Below the pieces are notes generated by a model, which saw only the letters and a list, made by a program, of their open reading frames with translations, did not search any database and was not told where the DNA came from. From Dehalococcoidia bacterium (GTDB lineage: Bacteria; Chloroflexota; Dehalococcoidia; Dehalococcoidales; BS750m-G39), in the NCBI GenBank assembly GCA_030608005.1, contig JAUWIX010000002.1:817-64816 (forward strand): a DNA stretch of 64,000 nucleotides. Reading direction: 5' to 3'. Positions 8,822-18,597 of the stretch are shown here, piece by piece. Made by a program: the position numbers and the translations under genes. Positions within the stretch are counted from its first letter, which is position 1. Every line of letters starts with the position of its first letter.

Positions 8822-10807
8822 TTACTCGGTTTCTAGGGTGGCGAACCAGGCTAGGTCAGCGTTGTCGCCTGCCGTTGCCGAGGCTGTGGTGACATTACAG
8901 ATAACGGTGAAGTCGTTAGCTGTCACGCTCTTTATCCAAACAACATAGGCGATAGCACTGGGGTCATCGGGATTAGTTAGATTTGCTATTACCCTGGGCG
9001 TCTTCACGAACGGCACAGAGAATGTGACGGTGTGCTCCTTCAAGCCTGTGCTGTCGATAGGAACCAGGTTCTGGGCTAGACCGCTTTGTGAAATTTCAAG
9101 GATGGTGCCCGTTCCAGCATCCGCAATGCTCCCGGCCACGTTTCCGTAGCAGTAGTTTGCCGTTAATTTGTTAAGGTCGCAGTTGGCGGTGGCAATGTTT
9201 ATGCCATAGTTCTGCTTACCATCGGTGGCAAAGCAGTGATTGGAAGCGATGAGGTTAGAGTCACAATCATCATTTACACAAATGCCGTCATATGTGCCGA
9301 CTCCGGCTCCAGAGTTATTGAAGCAGGTGTTGCCACTGATGGTGTTGTTGTCGCAATCCTCAACTAAGTAGATGCCGTGCCAAGCATGCCCTCCAACGGT
9401 ATTGCTGCTGATGGTATTGTTATCGCACCGTTCATCCAGGTGAATGCCATTCCGACTACTGCCCAGACAGGTGTTGCTGTCAATGGTGTTGTTGCTGCTG
9501 CGATCCAAGAAGATAAGCTGGCAGGTGTTGCTATCAATGGTGTTCCCATTGCACGTGGCGAGCAAGTAGATACCCACAGAGGTGTTACCGCTGATGGTGT
9601 TGTTATCGGCACCGGACATTAGGTGGATGTGGCCGAGCTCGCCCTGAATGTTATTGCCGTTAATAGTATTGTAGTCAGAGTTACTGCCATGCAGGCATAT
9701 ACCACCGTTATAATTATCCTTGACGATGTTGCTAGTGATTGCGTTGTTGCTTCCTACCACATCGATGCCTTTGTCTCCGTTCATCCGACAGATGTTGCCA
9801 TTGACGGTGTTGTCATTGCTTGAGGACAAGTAGATGCCGTGAAAATCTTCGTTCTCCTGGCAGATGTTGCCGATGATAGAGTTGTTGTTTGAGGACCTCA
9901 CGTAGATGCCGGTGTAGTAATTCCTCTCACAGGTATTGCCTCTTATAGTATTGTGGCTAGAGGATTCCAACTGGATGCCGTAGAACCAGTCATTGTCCCG
10001 GCAGGTATTGTTGATGATAGCGTTATAATCGGAGGAGGAGAGGAGACAAATGCCGTTACTTTTTAGGTTCTCTACCTGGCAATTGACGATTTTGGAGTCT
10101 TCGACGCTGGTGAAGTAAATGCCATTCATGGTGACCCAAGACTGATTGGCTTTATTGCCGTCTATACAGAGGTCTCTTATCAATAGCTTGCTCTGGCCAG
10201 ATGCATAAATCATGTTGATGTTGACATTGTGGCTGTCCCTGATTTTGATTACCGTCGAAGCGCCAGCACCCACCAGGGCTACGTTCGACTTCGAGATGAT
10301 GATGTCGCCGGAAAGGACGTAGGTACCTTCCCTGAGGTAGATTGAGCCTCCAATGGATGGTAAGTCGTTTATCGCCGTATTGATCTCAACCTGGTCATCC
10401 GTTCCATCACAGACATAATCTGCATTCGTGTTGTCTATTGAATTGTATGCCGCCACGACGAAACTCGTAAACCCGTACCCGCGTGGTCCCTCTGGCCCTT
10501 GAGGCCCCTGTTCACCTTGAATTCCTTGTGGCCCCTCTGGTCCTTGAGGTCCCTGTGGCCCCCGAGCCCCTCGTGGCCCCCGCTCACCTTGTGGCCCCTC
10601 TGGCCCTGGTGGTCCTGGCTCGCCGGCTGGGCCCTGTGGACCCTGTGGCCCTGGTGGTCCTGGCTCGCCGGCTGGCCCTTGCAGTCCTTGTGCTCCCGGC
10701 GGTCCTTCTGGTGCCGGCGTTCCTTGTGGTCCAGCACAACTCACCGCTGGAACCAGAGCAAGAGCTACAAGTGCCAGGACGATGAAGACTCTACTTGGCG
10801 TTTTCAT
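8822..10807 (-). CDS. Secreted collagen-like (G-X-Y) repeat / right-handed parallel beta-helix / H-type-lectin-like protein
   Basis: It has a signal peptide ([26 protein letters not shown]) and about 28 G-X-Y triplets. About 15 PbH1-like repeats follow ([17 protein letters not shown]). The C-terminus [15 protein letters not shown]...[12 protein letters not shown]...AWFA resembles the H-type lectin fold. Confidence 0.8.
   Translation of the reverse strand: MKTPSRVFIVLALVALALVPAVSCAGPQGTPAPEGPPGAQGLQGPAGEPGPPGPQGPQGPAGEPGPPGPEGPQGERGPRGARGPQGPQGPEGPQGIQGEQGPQGPEGPRGYGFTSFVVAAYNSIDNTNADYVCDGTDDQVEINTAINDLPSIGGSIYLREGTYVLSGDIIISKSNVALVGAGASTVIKIRDSHNVNINMIYASGQSKLLIRDLCIDGNKANQSWVTMNGIYFTSVEDSKIVNCQVENLKSNGICLLSSSDYNAIINNTCRDNDWFYGIQLESSSHNTIRGNTCERNYYTGIYVRSSNNNSIIGNICQENEDFHGIYLSSSNDNTVNGNICRMNGDKGIDVVGSNNAITSNIVKDNYNGGICLHGSNSDYNTINGNNIQGELGHIHLMSGADNNTISGNTSVGIYLLATCNGNTIDSNTCQLIFLDRSSNNTIDSNTCLGSSRNGIHLDERCDNNTISSNTVGGHAWHGIYLVEDCDNNTISGNTCFNNSGAGVGTYDGICVNDDCDSNLIASNHCFATDGKQNYGINIATANCDLNKLTANYCYGNVAGSIADAGTGTILEISQSGLAQNLVPIDSTGLKEHTVTFSVPFVKTPRVIANLTNPDDPSAIAYVVWIKSVTANDFTVICNVTTASATAGDNADLAWFATLETE
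10601..10690. repeat. 45-bp tandem duplication inside the collagen-like region
   Basis: The sequence tggccctggtggtcctggctcgccggctgg occurs at 10601-10630 and again at 10646-10675. It encodes [15 protein letters not shown] twice. Confidence 0.85.
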
Positions 10808-10923
10808 AACTAAATCACCTCCTCTTTTTATTTGTGGTTATAGCACTTTGTATCAATATAGCGACATAAATTAAATTTAATTATTATCGCTTACGCTTCC
10901 ACACCGTCCCCTTGGGGGTATCC

Positions 10924-12414
10924 TCAAAGGGCTATGCCTAGCTCATCCATAAGACTGTTAAGAGATTCTTCAGATGGAACACTTTTATATGTGACGTCTG
11001 TTACTGTTTTGGTATCTTCCAGGGCGACCCCAAGCTCAGCCAGCTTACTTCGTATTTCATCAGCCCGTTGCCATTTCTCCTCTTCCCGGCATTTCACGCG
11101 CTCCTCAACAAGACGATGGACACGGGCACTGACCGCATCAGGTATTATTCGTCTTATGCCAAGCCTTCCTGAAATCTTGACTGCACCCCCTCCTACAGAG
11201 ACTGTTTGCACTGTTCGCGTTTCCGGAAGCTTTAGCCCCAGAACTTCCCGTGCCAGCGATATGAGAGTACTTTGAGCCTTGTCAATACTAACACCCGCAT
11301 CGCCAGCCTGATTTATAGCCCTAGCTAAATCAAATAGTACCGCCAGCGCTTGAGCGGTATTGAAATCATCATCCATCGCCTCGATAAACTGCTTACGGTA
11401 AGGCTCAGCATCAAGAGCTTTGCTCTTGCCACCAGTGGGGTCTTGTCTGGAAATCGCTTGTGTTAGTCTCTCCACCCCCCTCTCCGCTGCCTCCAGTCCC
11501 TCCTCAGAGTAGGTGAGCGGGCTGCGGTAGTGGGAGCTTAAGATGAAGATGCGCATGGCATCAGGGCTATACTTTTCCAGCGCCTGCTTGATGGTTATCA
11601 GGTTGCCCAGGGATTTGCTCATCTTGTCTTCACCGAGCTGCACCAGCCCATTATGCAGCCAGTATTTAACGAAGGGTTTAATGCCAGTGAAGCTCTCCGA
11701 CTGGGCAATCTCATTCTCATGGTGGGGGAAGATTAGGTCCTGCCCGCCACCGTGGATGTCAAGGGTATCACCCAGATATTTTAGGGACATGGCGCTGCAT
11801 TCAATATGCCAGCCCGGTCTGCCCCGACCCCAGGGGCTTTCCCAGGAAGGCTCGCCCGGCTTTGATGCCTTCCACAGGGCAAAATCTATCGGGTCTTCCT
11901 TCTCTTCGCTACCCACAGCACACTCACTAGGCATCATAGAATCCAGACTGCGGTGAGCCAGCTTGCCATAGTCAGCCACCTTCCTTACCCTGAAGTAAAC
12001 GCTACCCCCCGCTGGATAAGCATACCCCTTATCTATTAAGCCCTGGAGCACTTCAATGATTTTTGGTATCTCTTCGGTAGCCCTAGGGTAAATATCAGCC
12101 CGCTCGATATTCAGGGCATCCATATCCTCAAAGTAGCTATTGGTGTATTTCTCTGCCAGCTCGCGGGGTGGAATACCGAGCTGGTTGGCTCGGTCTATAA
12201 TCTTATCGTCAATATCAGTGATGTTCTGCACATACTTAACCTTATAGCCCCGAAACTGGAGATAGCGCCTGACGACATCAAAGACGATGTAGCTCATGCC
12301 ATGACCAATATGGCAATGGTCATAGGGGGTAACCCCACAGACATACATCTTAACCACATCGCTCTGTGGTGAGAATTCCTCCTTTTGTCCTGAGAGGGTG
12401 TTATATACTTTCAC
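10924..12414 (-). CDS. cysS: Cysteine--tRNA ligase
   Basis: It has the HIGH-type CHIGHGMSY motif, the KMSKS motif and WHIECSAM. Confidence 0.9.
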   Translation of the reverse strand: MKVYNTLSGQKEEFSPQSDVVKMYVCGVTPYDHCHIGHGMSYIVFDVVRRYLQFRGYKVKYVQNITDIDDKIIDRANQLGIPPRELAEKYTNSYFEDMDALNIERADIYPRATEEIPKIIEVLQGLIDKGYAYPAGGSVYFRVRKVADYGKLAHRSLDSMMPSECAVGSEEKEDPIDFALWKASKPGEPSWESPWGRGRPGWHIECSAMSLKYLGDTLDIHGGGQDLIFPHHENEIAQSESFTGIKPFVKYWLHNGLVQLGEDKMSKSLGNLITIKQALEKYSPDAMRIFILSSHYRSPLTYSEEGLEAAERGVERLTQAISRQDPTGGKSKALDAEPYRKQFIEAMDDDFNTAQALAVLFDLARAINQAGDAGVSIDKAQSTLISLAREVLGLKLPETRTVQTVSVGGGAVKISGRLGIRRIIPDAVSARVHRLVEERVKCREEEKWQRADEIRSKLAELGVALEDTKTVTDVTYKSVPSEESLNSLMDELGIAL

Positions 12415-13051
12415 CTTTCCTTCCTTCTGCTAAAGCTAAGCGCTTCTCTAGCTCAGCTATTCTTCTTTCCAGAGCCTCTAGCTTCTCTCCTACCGGGTCG
12501 GGTAACCTCTCCACGGTATCGGTATCGGGATTCCTGACCGCCACCACCCGCCCCGGCACTCCAATCACGGTAGCATTGGCTGGCGCCGAACTTACCACCA
12601 CTGAGCCGGCACCAACCTTGGTATTGTCACCGATAGTGATATTCCCAATAAGCTGTGCCCCAACCCCGACCACCACATTTTTGCCCAGGGTAGGGTGACG
12701 CTTTGTCCGCTGGTGACTGGTGCCGCCCAGGGTTACCCCCTGATATATGGTAACATTGTCACCAATCTCCGAGGTCTCACCAATAACTACACCCATACCA
12801 TGGTCAATAAAAAATCCTTCCCCAATCTTAGCCCCGGGGTGGATTTCGATGCCAGTAAGAAAACGGCTAATATGAGATATGAGCCGGGGCAAAACCGGAA
12901 TATGCCACCGGAACAGGGTATGAGCTAGCCGATGAGACTGACGGGCATGAAATCCGGGGTAAGCCAGCAACACCTCTAGGGTGCTGATAGCTGCCGGGTC
13001 ATGGTCAAAAACCGCTTTGATATCCTTTCTTATGCCAGTGAAAAATCCCAT
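12401..13051 (-). CDS. cysE: Serine O-acetyltransferase
   Basis: It has hexapeptide repeats ([44 protein letters not shown]) and overlaps cysS by 14 nt. Confidence 0.85.
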   Translation of the reverse strand: MGFFTGIRKDIKAVFDHDPAAISTLEVLLAYPGFHARQSHRLAHTLFRWHIPVLPRLISHISRFLTGIEIHPGAKIGEGFFIDHGMGVVIGETSEIGDNVTIYQGVTLGGTSHQRTKRHPTLGKNVVVGVGAQLIGNITIGDNTKVGAGSVVVSSAPANATVIGVPGRVVAVRNPDTDTVERLPDPVGEKLEALERRIAELEKRLALAEGRKGESI

Positions 13052-13196
13052 TAAATCAATCTCCTTCCCAGACTGAACTCTCTTGCCTAGTTACCCCAGA
13101 GGACTGGGGCACAAAACAGACGCAGTTCAGCATCCGGGGAAAGCAGACTACATCACTTATTTGGCTTACCATACCGCTAAGCATTATTAAGTCCAC

Positions 13197-13688
13197 CTAA
13201 CTTGAAACGCCTTCTATCAAGGCTACAACACAGGCAGCCATCCCCTCCTCCCGACCGACAAAACCCAACTGCGCTGAGGTGCTAGCCTTCAGGCTCACCT
13301 GGCTAGGAGCAATGCCCAGCGTCTGGCTTACCTGCTGCCGCATCGGGTCAATAAAATCTCCAAGTTTGGGCTTTTCAGCCACGATGGTAGCATCAACATT
13401 GACTATTTGCCAGCCATGAGCTAACAGCTTATCCCGCGTTCTTTCCAGCAGAGCCAAGCTGGAGATGTCCTTATATTGTGGTTCGCCGGGCGGGAAGTGG
13501 CTACCTATATCGCCCAGGGCAGCTGCTCCCAGCAGGGCATCAATAATGGCGTGGGTCAGCACATCGGCGTCACTCCAGCCATCGAGACCCTTATTAAAGG
13601 GGATATCTATCCCCCCCAGCACTAACCTGCGCCCTGGAGTCAGGGGATGGACGTCATAGCCTATGCCAACCCGCATCTTATTTCCCAT
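13197..13688 (-). CDS. ispF: 2-C-methyl-D-erythritol 2,4-cyclodiphosphate synthase
   Basis: It has MRVGIGYDVHPL, GWSDADVLTHA and LGDIGSHFP motifs. An alternative ATG lies at 13676. Confidence 0.9.
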   Translation of the reverse strand: MGNKMRVGIGYDVHPLTPGRRLVLGGIDIPFNKGLDGWSDADVLTHAIIDALLGAAALGDIGSHFPPGEPQYKDISSLALLERTRDKLLAHGWQIVNVDATIVAEKPKLGDFIDPMRQQVSQTLGIAPSQVSLKASTSAQLGFVGREEGMAACVVALIEGVSS

Positions 13689-14337
13689 GCTTTTGTCGCA
13701 AAGCCTCAGCTATTAGTAGGTCATGATTAGTGGTTATCTTTATATTATCATAGGAGCCCATGTATAGCTTAACCTTATAGCCCAATTGCTCTACCAGCGA
13801 GGCATCGTCGGTTACCTCACCCTTTGCCTGCTTATAGGCTTCAGCTATTATATCAAAGCGAAACACCTGAGGAGTCTGCACTGCCCATAGGTTTTGGCGT
13901 GGTGGCGTCTGGTGCACTATTCTATTGGTGTCTGCCACCTTAATAGTATCGGTGACGGGAATGGCAGCTGCAGCGGCACCGGTTTCTTGGGCTGCCTCGA
14001 GTCCGCGCTCAATTAAGTCTCTGGTTACTAGCGGTCGGGCGCCATCATGGATTACCACCCAATGGCAATGGCTAAGTCGACTAAGCCCAGCCGCCACTGA
14101 ATCCTGCCGCCGCCTGCCCCCGACACATACCTCAATCGGCTTAGACCATCCCTCCTCGGCTATCAACTGCTGGCATCGCTCCAGCTTTTCTTTACTTACT
14201 ACCACCACTATTTGACTCACTGAATCACAGCTTTCAAAGGCATCAAGCACCCGGGCTAAAGCCGGTTTTCCCCCTAACGGAGCGAAGACCTTATTCACCC
14301 CACCCATCCGCCGGCTCTCACCAGCAGCGGCAATTAT
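13678..14337 (-). CDS. ispD: 2-C-methyl-D-erythritol 4-phosphate cytidylyltransferase
   Basis: The conserved glycine loop IIAAAGESRRMGG lies upstream of the first ATG (14307). The frame opens after the TAG at 14364-14362 with no canonical start. The likely start is ATA at 14337 or ATT at 14334, after the SD AGGTAGG at 14348-14342. Confidence 0.8.
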   Translation of the reverse strand: MIAAAGESRRMGGVNKVFAPLGGKPALARVLDAFESCDSVSQIVVVVSKEKLERCQQLIAEEGWSKPIEVCVGGRRRQDSVAAGLSRLSHCHWVVIHDGARPLVTRDLIERGLEAAQETGAAAAAIPVTDTIKVADTNRIVHQTPPRQNLWAVQTPQVFRFDIIAEAYKQAKGEVTDDASLVEQLGYKVKLYMGSYDNIKITTNHDLLIAEALRQKHGK

Positions 14338-14363
14338 GGCGCCTACCTGAAGATTAGTTATCT

Positions 14364-14462
14364 ACCTCACCCCCTTTATCCCCCTCTCCTTTGAAGGAGA
14401 GGGGGGAGGGATTTATAAGAGAGGCGTAGCCTCTCTTGGACTCTCCTTTACTAACCTCACCT
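14364..14462. repeat. GC-rich mosaic hairpin repeat
   Basis: It has a cctcaccccc terminus, a ccccctctcctttgaaggagagggggg hairpin and an aagagaggcgtagcctctctt hairpin. Confidence 0.8.
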
Positions 14463-15392
14463 CTAGTGTCGCTTCAGCTCGGAGGCATATTTGACCCCTA
14501 TAGCATCGGCGTTTTCACCTAGCCATTGGCTCAGGCGTGTCTGTCCTGTGGCAGGGTCCTGGGAAATGAGCAGGTTGGACATCAACCCCTCCATTTCGTC
14601 CCTGGTTATCACCACATCCCCGACTATGTAGCCAGTCAATCTGGCAAGGAAAAGCGCCAGCCTAGGTCTGACGTGAACTATCCTAGCTCTGCTATGTATC
14701 TTGTCAGCAATGAGTCGAACTAGCTCCTCAAACTGGAAAATCTCTGGGCCCCCAGCATCCATAATCATATTATCATTTTTGTTTCCAGCGTTGACAGCTA
14801 TCTCTGCCACATCTTCCACAAAAACGGGCTGAATTCGGTAATCCCCTGAGCCAAAGATGGCAAATATCGGGGACCTCCTGAGGAGCCAGGCGATGTTGTT
14901 GATGAGGATGCCCTCCATCCCGAAGATTAGAGCAGGTCTAACGATGGCGTAGGATAACTTTGAATTGATAATAGCTTTTTCCACTAGCGCCTTTCCCTTG
15001 AAATAAGGAAAGGGTGATTCTTCAGAAGGGTTGGTGATGCTGATGTGTACCATTCTGCGGACACCGGCATCTTCCGCCGCTTTAATGAGTGTCTTGGTAT
15101 TTTCGACAGCCTTATCAAATGTGCCCCATCTTTGTGGGAAGCGAATCCAGTAAGTATTATACAGGGTTGTTGCTCCTTGTAAGCTTTCCACCAGTTGGCT
15201 CGGATTATCAAAGTTGAAAGGGTAGGCACTCACTTGGTCACCAAATGGGTTTTCACGGTTTGGGTGTCCGGTGAGGGTTTTGACTCTTTCCCCCATATAG
15301 AGGAGCCGCCGTGTTATGTATTTGCCGGTATGACTGAAAGCCCCCGTCACCACATTCAATTCAGACGTTTCCATGGCCTCTGACCAGCCCAA
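14463..15392 (-). CDS. NAD(P)-binding atypical SDR / NmrA-epimerase-like protein
   Basis: It has an N-terminal Rossmann motif VVTGAFSHTGKY and is about 300 aa. The start may be the M at 15374. Confidence 0.6.
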   Translation of the reverse strand: MGWSEAMETSELNVVTGAFSHTGKYITRRLLYMGERVKTLTGHPNRENPFGDQVSAYPFNFDNPSQLVESLQGATTLYNTYWIRFPQRWGTFDKAVENTKTLIKAAEDAGVRRMVHISITNPSEESPFPYFKGKALVEKAIINSKLSYAIVRPALIFGMEGILINNIAWLLRRSPIFAIFGSGDYRIQPVFVEDVAEIAVNAGNKNDNMIMDAGGPEIFQFEELVRLIADKIHSRARIVHVRPRLALFLARLTGYIVGDVVITRDEMEGLMSNLLISQDPATGQTRLSQWLGENADAIGVKYASELKRH

Positions 15393-16746
15393 CTCTTATC
15401 GCTTCCCTCAAGGTGCTGACTGGGATAGGCTTGATGTTTTTAGGGGCTGAAATTCTGGCGCTGGTTTTGGGCACCAGGCAGCGGTTAAATCCCAGTCTGG
15501 CTGCCTCAGCCACTCGCCGGTCTAGCTGGGAAACGGCTCTTAATTCGCCACTCAACCCCACCTCCCCCACTGCCACCAAGCTGGGGTCAACCGCCACATC
15601 ACGGAAGCTGGAGGCGATAGATAGGGCAATGCCCAAATCTGCCGCTGGCTCTCCAATCCTGAGCCCGCCGGTGACATTGGCTATAATATCCTGATTGCCT
15701 AGCTTCAAGCCTACCCGCTTGGTCAGAACTGCGGTAATCAACAGCAATCGACCGAAGTCAACACCGTTGGCAGTGCGCCGGGGTAAGCCAAAGGCGGTGG
15801 GAGTGGTTAGAGCTTGAATCTCCACCAGCAGGGGTCGGGTGCCCTCAAGGGTGGGCACCACCGTTGAGCCTATGGCTTCACCCCACCGCTGCGAGAGGAA
15901 GGCTTTGGATGGATTGTCTACCTCTATCAGACCCTGCTCCTTCATCTCAAAGACGCCCACCTCGTTAGTGGAGCCAAAGCGATTTTTCACCCCTCTAAGA
16001 AGTCGGTAGGCGCTGAAGGGCTCACCCTCAAGATAGAGCACCACATCAACGATATGCTCCAGGACGCGGGGACCAGCAATAGCGCCATCCTTGGTAACGT
16101 GCCCGGCAATAAAAGTGGGCACAGCTCTGAGCTTTGCCCAGTGCATAAGCCTCAAGGTGCACTCTCGCACCTGAGTTATGCTGCCCGCCGCCGTATCCAA
16201 CTCGGGCAGGTAAACAGCCTGGATGGAATCAATGACTACCAGAGATGGTGCTAATCGCTCCAGATGGCTTAGGATAACATGTAGGTCAGTCTCAGCCAGG
16301 AGGTAAAGCCTCTCCCCGGTTATCCCCAGACGCTCTGCCCTGAGCCTAATCTGAGGCAGTGTTTCCTCACCGGAGACATAAATTACCTTACCCCCAGCCT
16401 GCGCTACCAGGGCTGAGACCTGAAGCAGAAGGGTAGATTTGCCAATGCCGGGGTCGCCACTGATGAGCACCAGGGAGCCAGATACCAGTCCTCCCCCCAG
16501 CACGCGGTTGAACTCAGCCAGAGGGAGGGGGAGGCGGTCAGAGACAGCAGTTACCACTTGAGATAGCTCTTGGGGTGGGTTTTCTAGGGTAGAAATATCA
16601 GACGGGGTAGTTGCTGGGACTTTGGTTTCTACAAAGCTATTCCACTCATGGCAGTTAGGGCAGCGTCCCAGCCATTTCAGGCTCTCCTTGCCGCAATGCT
16701 GACAGATAAAGATGGTTCTGGTGCCGGATTTACCTGATTTGCCCAC
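15361..16746 (-). CDS. radA: DNA repair protein RadA/Sms
   Basis: It has a C4 zinc finger (CQHCGKESLKWLGRCPNCHEWNS), the Walker A motif GDPGIGKST, KNRFG and a Lon-like C-terminal domain. Confidence 0.9.
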   Translation of the reverse strand: MGKSGKSGTRTIFICQHCGKESLKWLGRCPNCHEWNSFVETKVPATTPSDISTLENPPQELSQVVTAVSDRLPLPLAEFNRVLGGGLVSGSLVLISGDPGIGKSTLLLQVSALVAQAGGKVIYVSGEETLPQIRLRAERLGITGERLYLLAETDLHVILSHLERLAPSLVVIDSIQAVYLPELDTAAGSITQVRECTLRLMHWAKLRAVPTFIAGHVTKDGAIAGPRVLEHIVDVVLYLEGEPFSAYRLLRGVKNRFGSTNEVGVFEMKEQGLIEVDNPSKAFLSQRWGEAIGSTVVPTLEGTRPLLVEIQALTTPTAFGLPRRTANGVDFGRLLLITAVLTKRVGLKLGNQDIIANVTGGLRIGEPAADLGIALSIASSFRDVAVDPSLVAVGEVGLSGELRAVSQLDRRVAEAARLGFNRCLVPKTSARISAPKNIKPIPVSTLREAIRVGLVRGHGNV

Positions 16747-16887
16747 AGATTGACTTTATCCGATTTTGGGCAGCAATGCAAGGGTTCTTCCCACCCGCTC
16801 ACCCTCTAGGGCTGATGAGCCAAGCTTCTACGAAAGGGTGGGTGGGGAGGTAAATGAGAGAAAGGTTGGGCTAAAGCAGAGTTATAA

Positions 16888-18063
16888 TTACATGAGCATG
16901 CCGAGGAATATGCCAGCAACAACAGAGGTGGCGACAGCCCCCGCCATATTGGGACCCATGGCATGCATTAACAGGAAGTTTCTCGGGTTTGCCTCTTGAC
17001 CCATCTTTTGCACTACTCTAGCCGACATAGGGATAGCTGACACCCCGGAGGCACCTATCAATGGGTTTATCTTTTCCTTTAAGAACAGGTTGGCAAACTT
17101 GGCTGCCCATAGACCCCCGGCGGTGCCGAAGGCAAAGGCTACTATTGCCAGCCCAATAATGGCTAGGGTTTGAGGTCTAAGGAAGACCTCGGCTGGCATT
17201 AGTGCCCCTACAATTATTCCCAGCAGAAAGGTGAGAACATCTATAAACACCCCCCCGGCTGATTGAGCCAGCCTATCAGTAACCCCGCTAGCCCTAAGCA
17301 AGTTACCAAACATAAACATGCCAATAAGTGGCACCGACTTGGGGACAAGCAGCGCCGAGACAATAAATATCATTATTGGGAAAATGATTTCCTCTAGCTT
17401 GGAGACCTGGCGCAGCTGCGGCTTCATATATATCGCCCGCTCTTTCTTAGTGGTCAGTAGCTTTATTACCGGGGGTTGAAGGATAGGCACCAGGGACATA
17501 TAGGAGTAAGCCACCAGTGTAATTGGCCCTAGAAGTCGCGGAGCAAGGGCAGCGGTAAGGTAAACCGTGGGCGGACCATCGGAACCGCCAATTATGCCTA
17601 CGCAAGCTGCCTCATTTACAGTGAACATGCCGGAGAGGTAAGCAATCATAAAGACAATGAAAACACCTAACTGGGCGGAGGCACCGAAAAGGAAAGATAT
17701 GGGGCGGGCGATAGTAGGTCTGAAATCGGTCATGGCTCCTACCCCGAGGAAGATGAGCAGGGGAATTACCTCGGATTCAATCCCATAGGTATAAAGCACA
17801 TTCAGCAGTCCAATTTTTCCCTCCCCTATAGCCTCTATTAGCCCGCCTAAAGTTGGTACCTCGGCGGGGAAGCCTGCGGGCGTGTAAATCATCAAGCCAC
17901 CGAGGGGAAGATTGACCGCAAAGATGCCGAAGCCTATGGGGATTAATAAAATGGGCTCCATCTTCTTGGCAATGCCTAGGTAGATAAGGAGTCCTCCAAT
18001 TAGGAGCATTAAGATATTGCCCCAGGTTAACGACCCAAAGGCAGTTTCATATAGACCAAACAC
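16888..18063 (-). CDS. Na+-translocating decarboxylase beta subunit (OadB/MmdB/GcdB family)
   Basis: It is a polytopic 391-aa membrane protein with the typical OadB-type sequence (IIGGSDGPPTVY, GVSAIPMSARVVQ). It has a GTG start overlapping the upstream stop by 1 nt. Confidence 0.85.
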   Translation of the reverse strand: MFGLYETAFGSLTWGNILMLLIGGLLIYLGIAKKMEPILLIPIGFGIFAVNLPLGGLMIYTPAGFPAEVPTLGGLIEAIGEGKIGLLNVLYTYGIESEVIPLLIFLGVGAMTDFRPTIARPISFLFGASAQLGVFIVFMIAYLSGMFTVNEAACVGIIGGSDGPPTVYLTAALAPRLLGPITLVAYSYMSLVPILQPPVIKLLTTKKERAIYMKPQLRQVSKLEEIIFPIMIFIVSALLVPKSVPLIGMFMFGNLLRASGVTDRLAQSAGGVFIDVLTFLLGIIVGALMPAEVFLRPQTLAIIGLAIVAFAFGTAGGLWAAKFANLFLKEKINPLIGASGVSAIPMSARVVQKMGQEANPRNFLLMHAMGPNMAGAVATSVVAGIFLGMLM

Positions 18064-18227
18064 TACTTATCCTTTGCTGGAGTCTCTCTGCCCGCTGTTG
18101 TGGGTTTCGCAGCTTTTTGCACCACTAGCCCCACTATCCAAGCTACCAAGGATAGGATTATCAAAACGAGGAGGGTTACCCCAAAGCCACCCCCGGCAAT
18201 CTTGGCTACTAAACCCCAGTCTATCAT
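18063..18227 (-). CDS. Small single-TM subunit (OadG/MmdD-like), 54 aa, not in ORF track
   Basis: The ATG at 18227 follows the SD AGGAAGG. The product is MIDWGLVAKIAGGGFGVTLLVLIILSLVAWIVGLVVQKAAKPTTAGRETPAKDK. Its position between the biotin carrier and the beta subunit matches the decarboxylase operon layout. Confidence 0.55.
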   Translation of the reverse strand: MIDWGLVAKIAGGGFGVTLLVLIILSLVAWIVGLVVQKAAKPTTAGRETPAKDK

Positions 18228-18257
18228 TTTAAACCTTCCTCAGATTATAGAACCCTA

Positions 18258-18479
18258 TCAGTATTCTATAATAGCTACTAAATCACCAGTCTCAACCACT
18301 TGTCCCACGGAAAGCTCTAACTTGGCAATTGTGCCACTAACCGGAGCCAATATAGGATTTTCCATCTTCATCGATTCTAGTAGACAGAGTATATCCCCCT
18401 CCTCAACCTTGCTCCCCTGACTAACATTCACGCTGGTTATCTTGCCTGTTATAGGGAACTCGACATTCTCTTGTGCCAA
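18258..18479 (-). CDS. Biotin carboxyl carrier (biotinyl/lipoyl domain) subunit
   Basis: The 73-aa protein has the biotinylation motif LESMKMEN. Confidence 0.8.
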   Translation of the reverse strand: MAQENVEFPITGKITSVNVSQGSKVEEGDILCLLESMKMENPILAPVSGTIAKLELSVGQVVETGDLVAIIEY

Positions 18480-18597
18480 TTTCTAGTCTCCTTTCTCTTT
18501 CTTCTTCCTATTTTGGGCGAATTAAAAGGGCGGTTCCGATATTCATCCTATTTCCCGCCCTTCATATACAAAAAGCTAGCCTGTTAGCCATGGTAAC

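Noticed and set aside
10435-10813. Several 100-aa ORFs on both strands across the collagen-repeat DNA (10435-10737 minus, 10483-10785 plus, 10499-10813 plus)
   Set aside because: They are frame-shifted or antisense readings of the GC-rich G-X-Y repeat. Such repeats keep all frames open. Only the frame with a signal peptide, G-X-Y periodicity and downstream folded domains is credible.
13052-13196. Structured leader upstream of cysE (nested stems ctgaact...agttcag and ccccag...ctgggg), considered as a T-box as in the Bacillus cysES operon
   Set aside because: At about 145 nt it is too short, and it lacks the conserved T-box sequence (AAnnnGGGTGGTACCGCG) and an obvious specifier loop. It is more likely a simple attenuator or processing structure, if it is anything.
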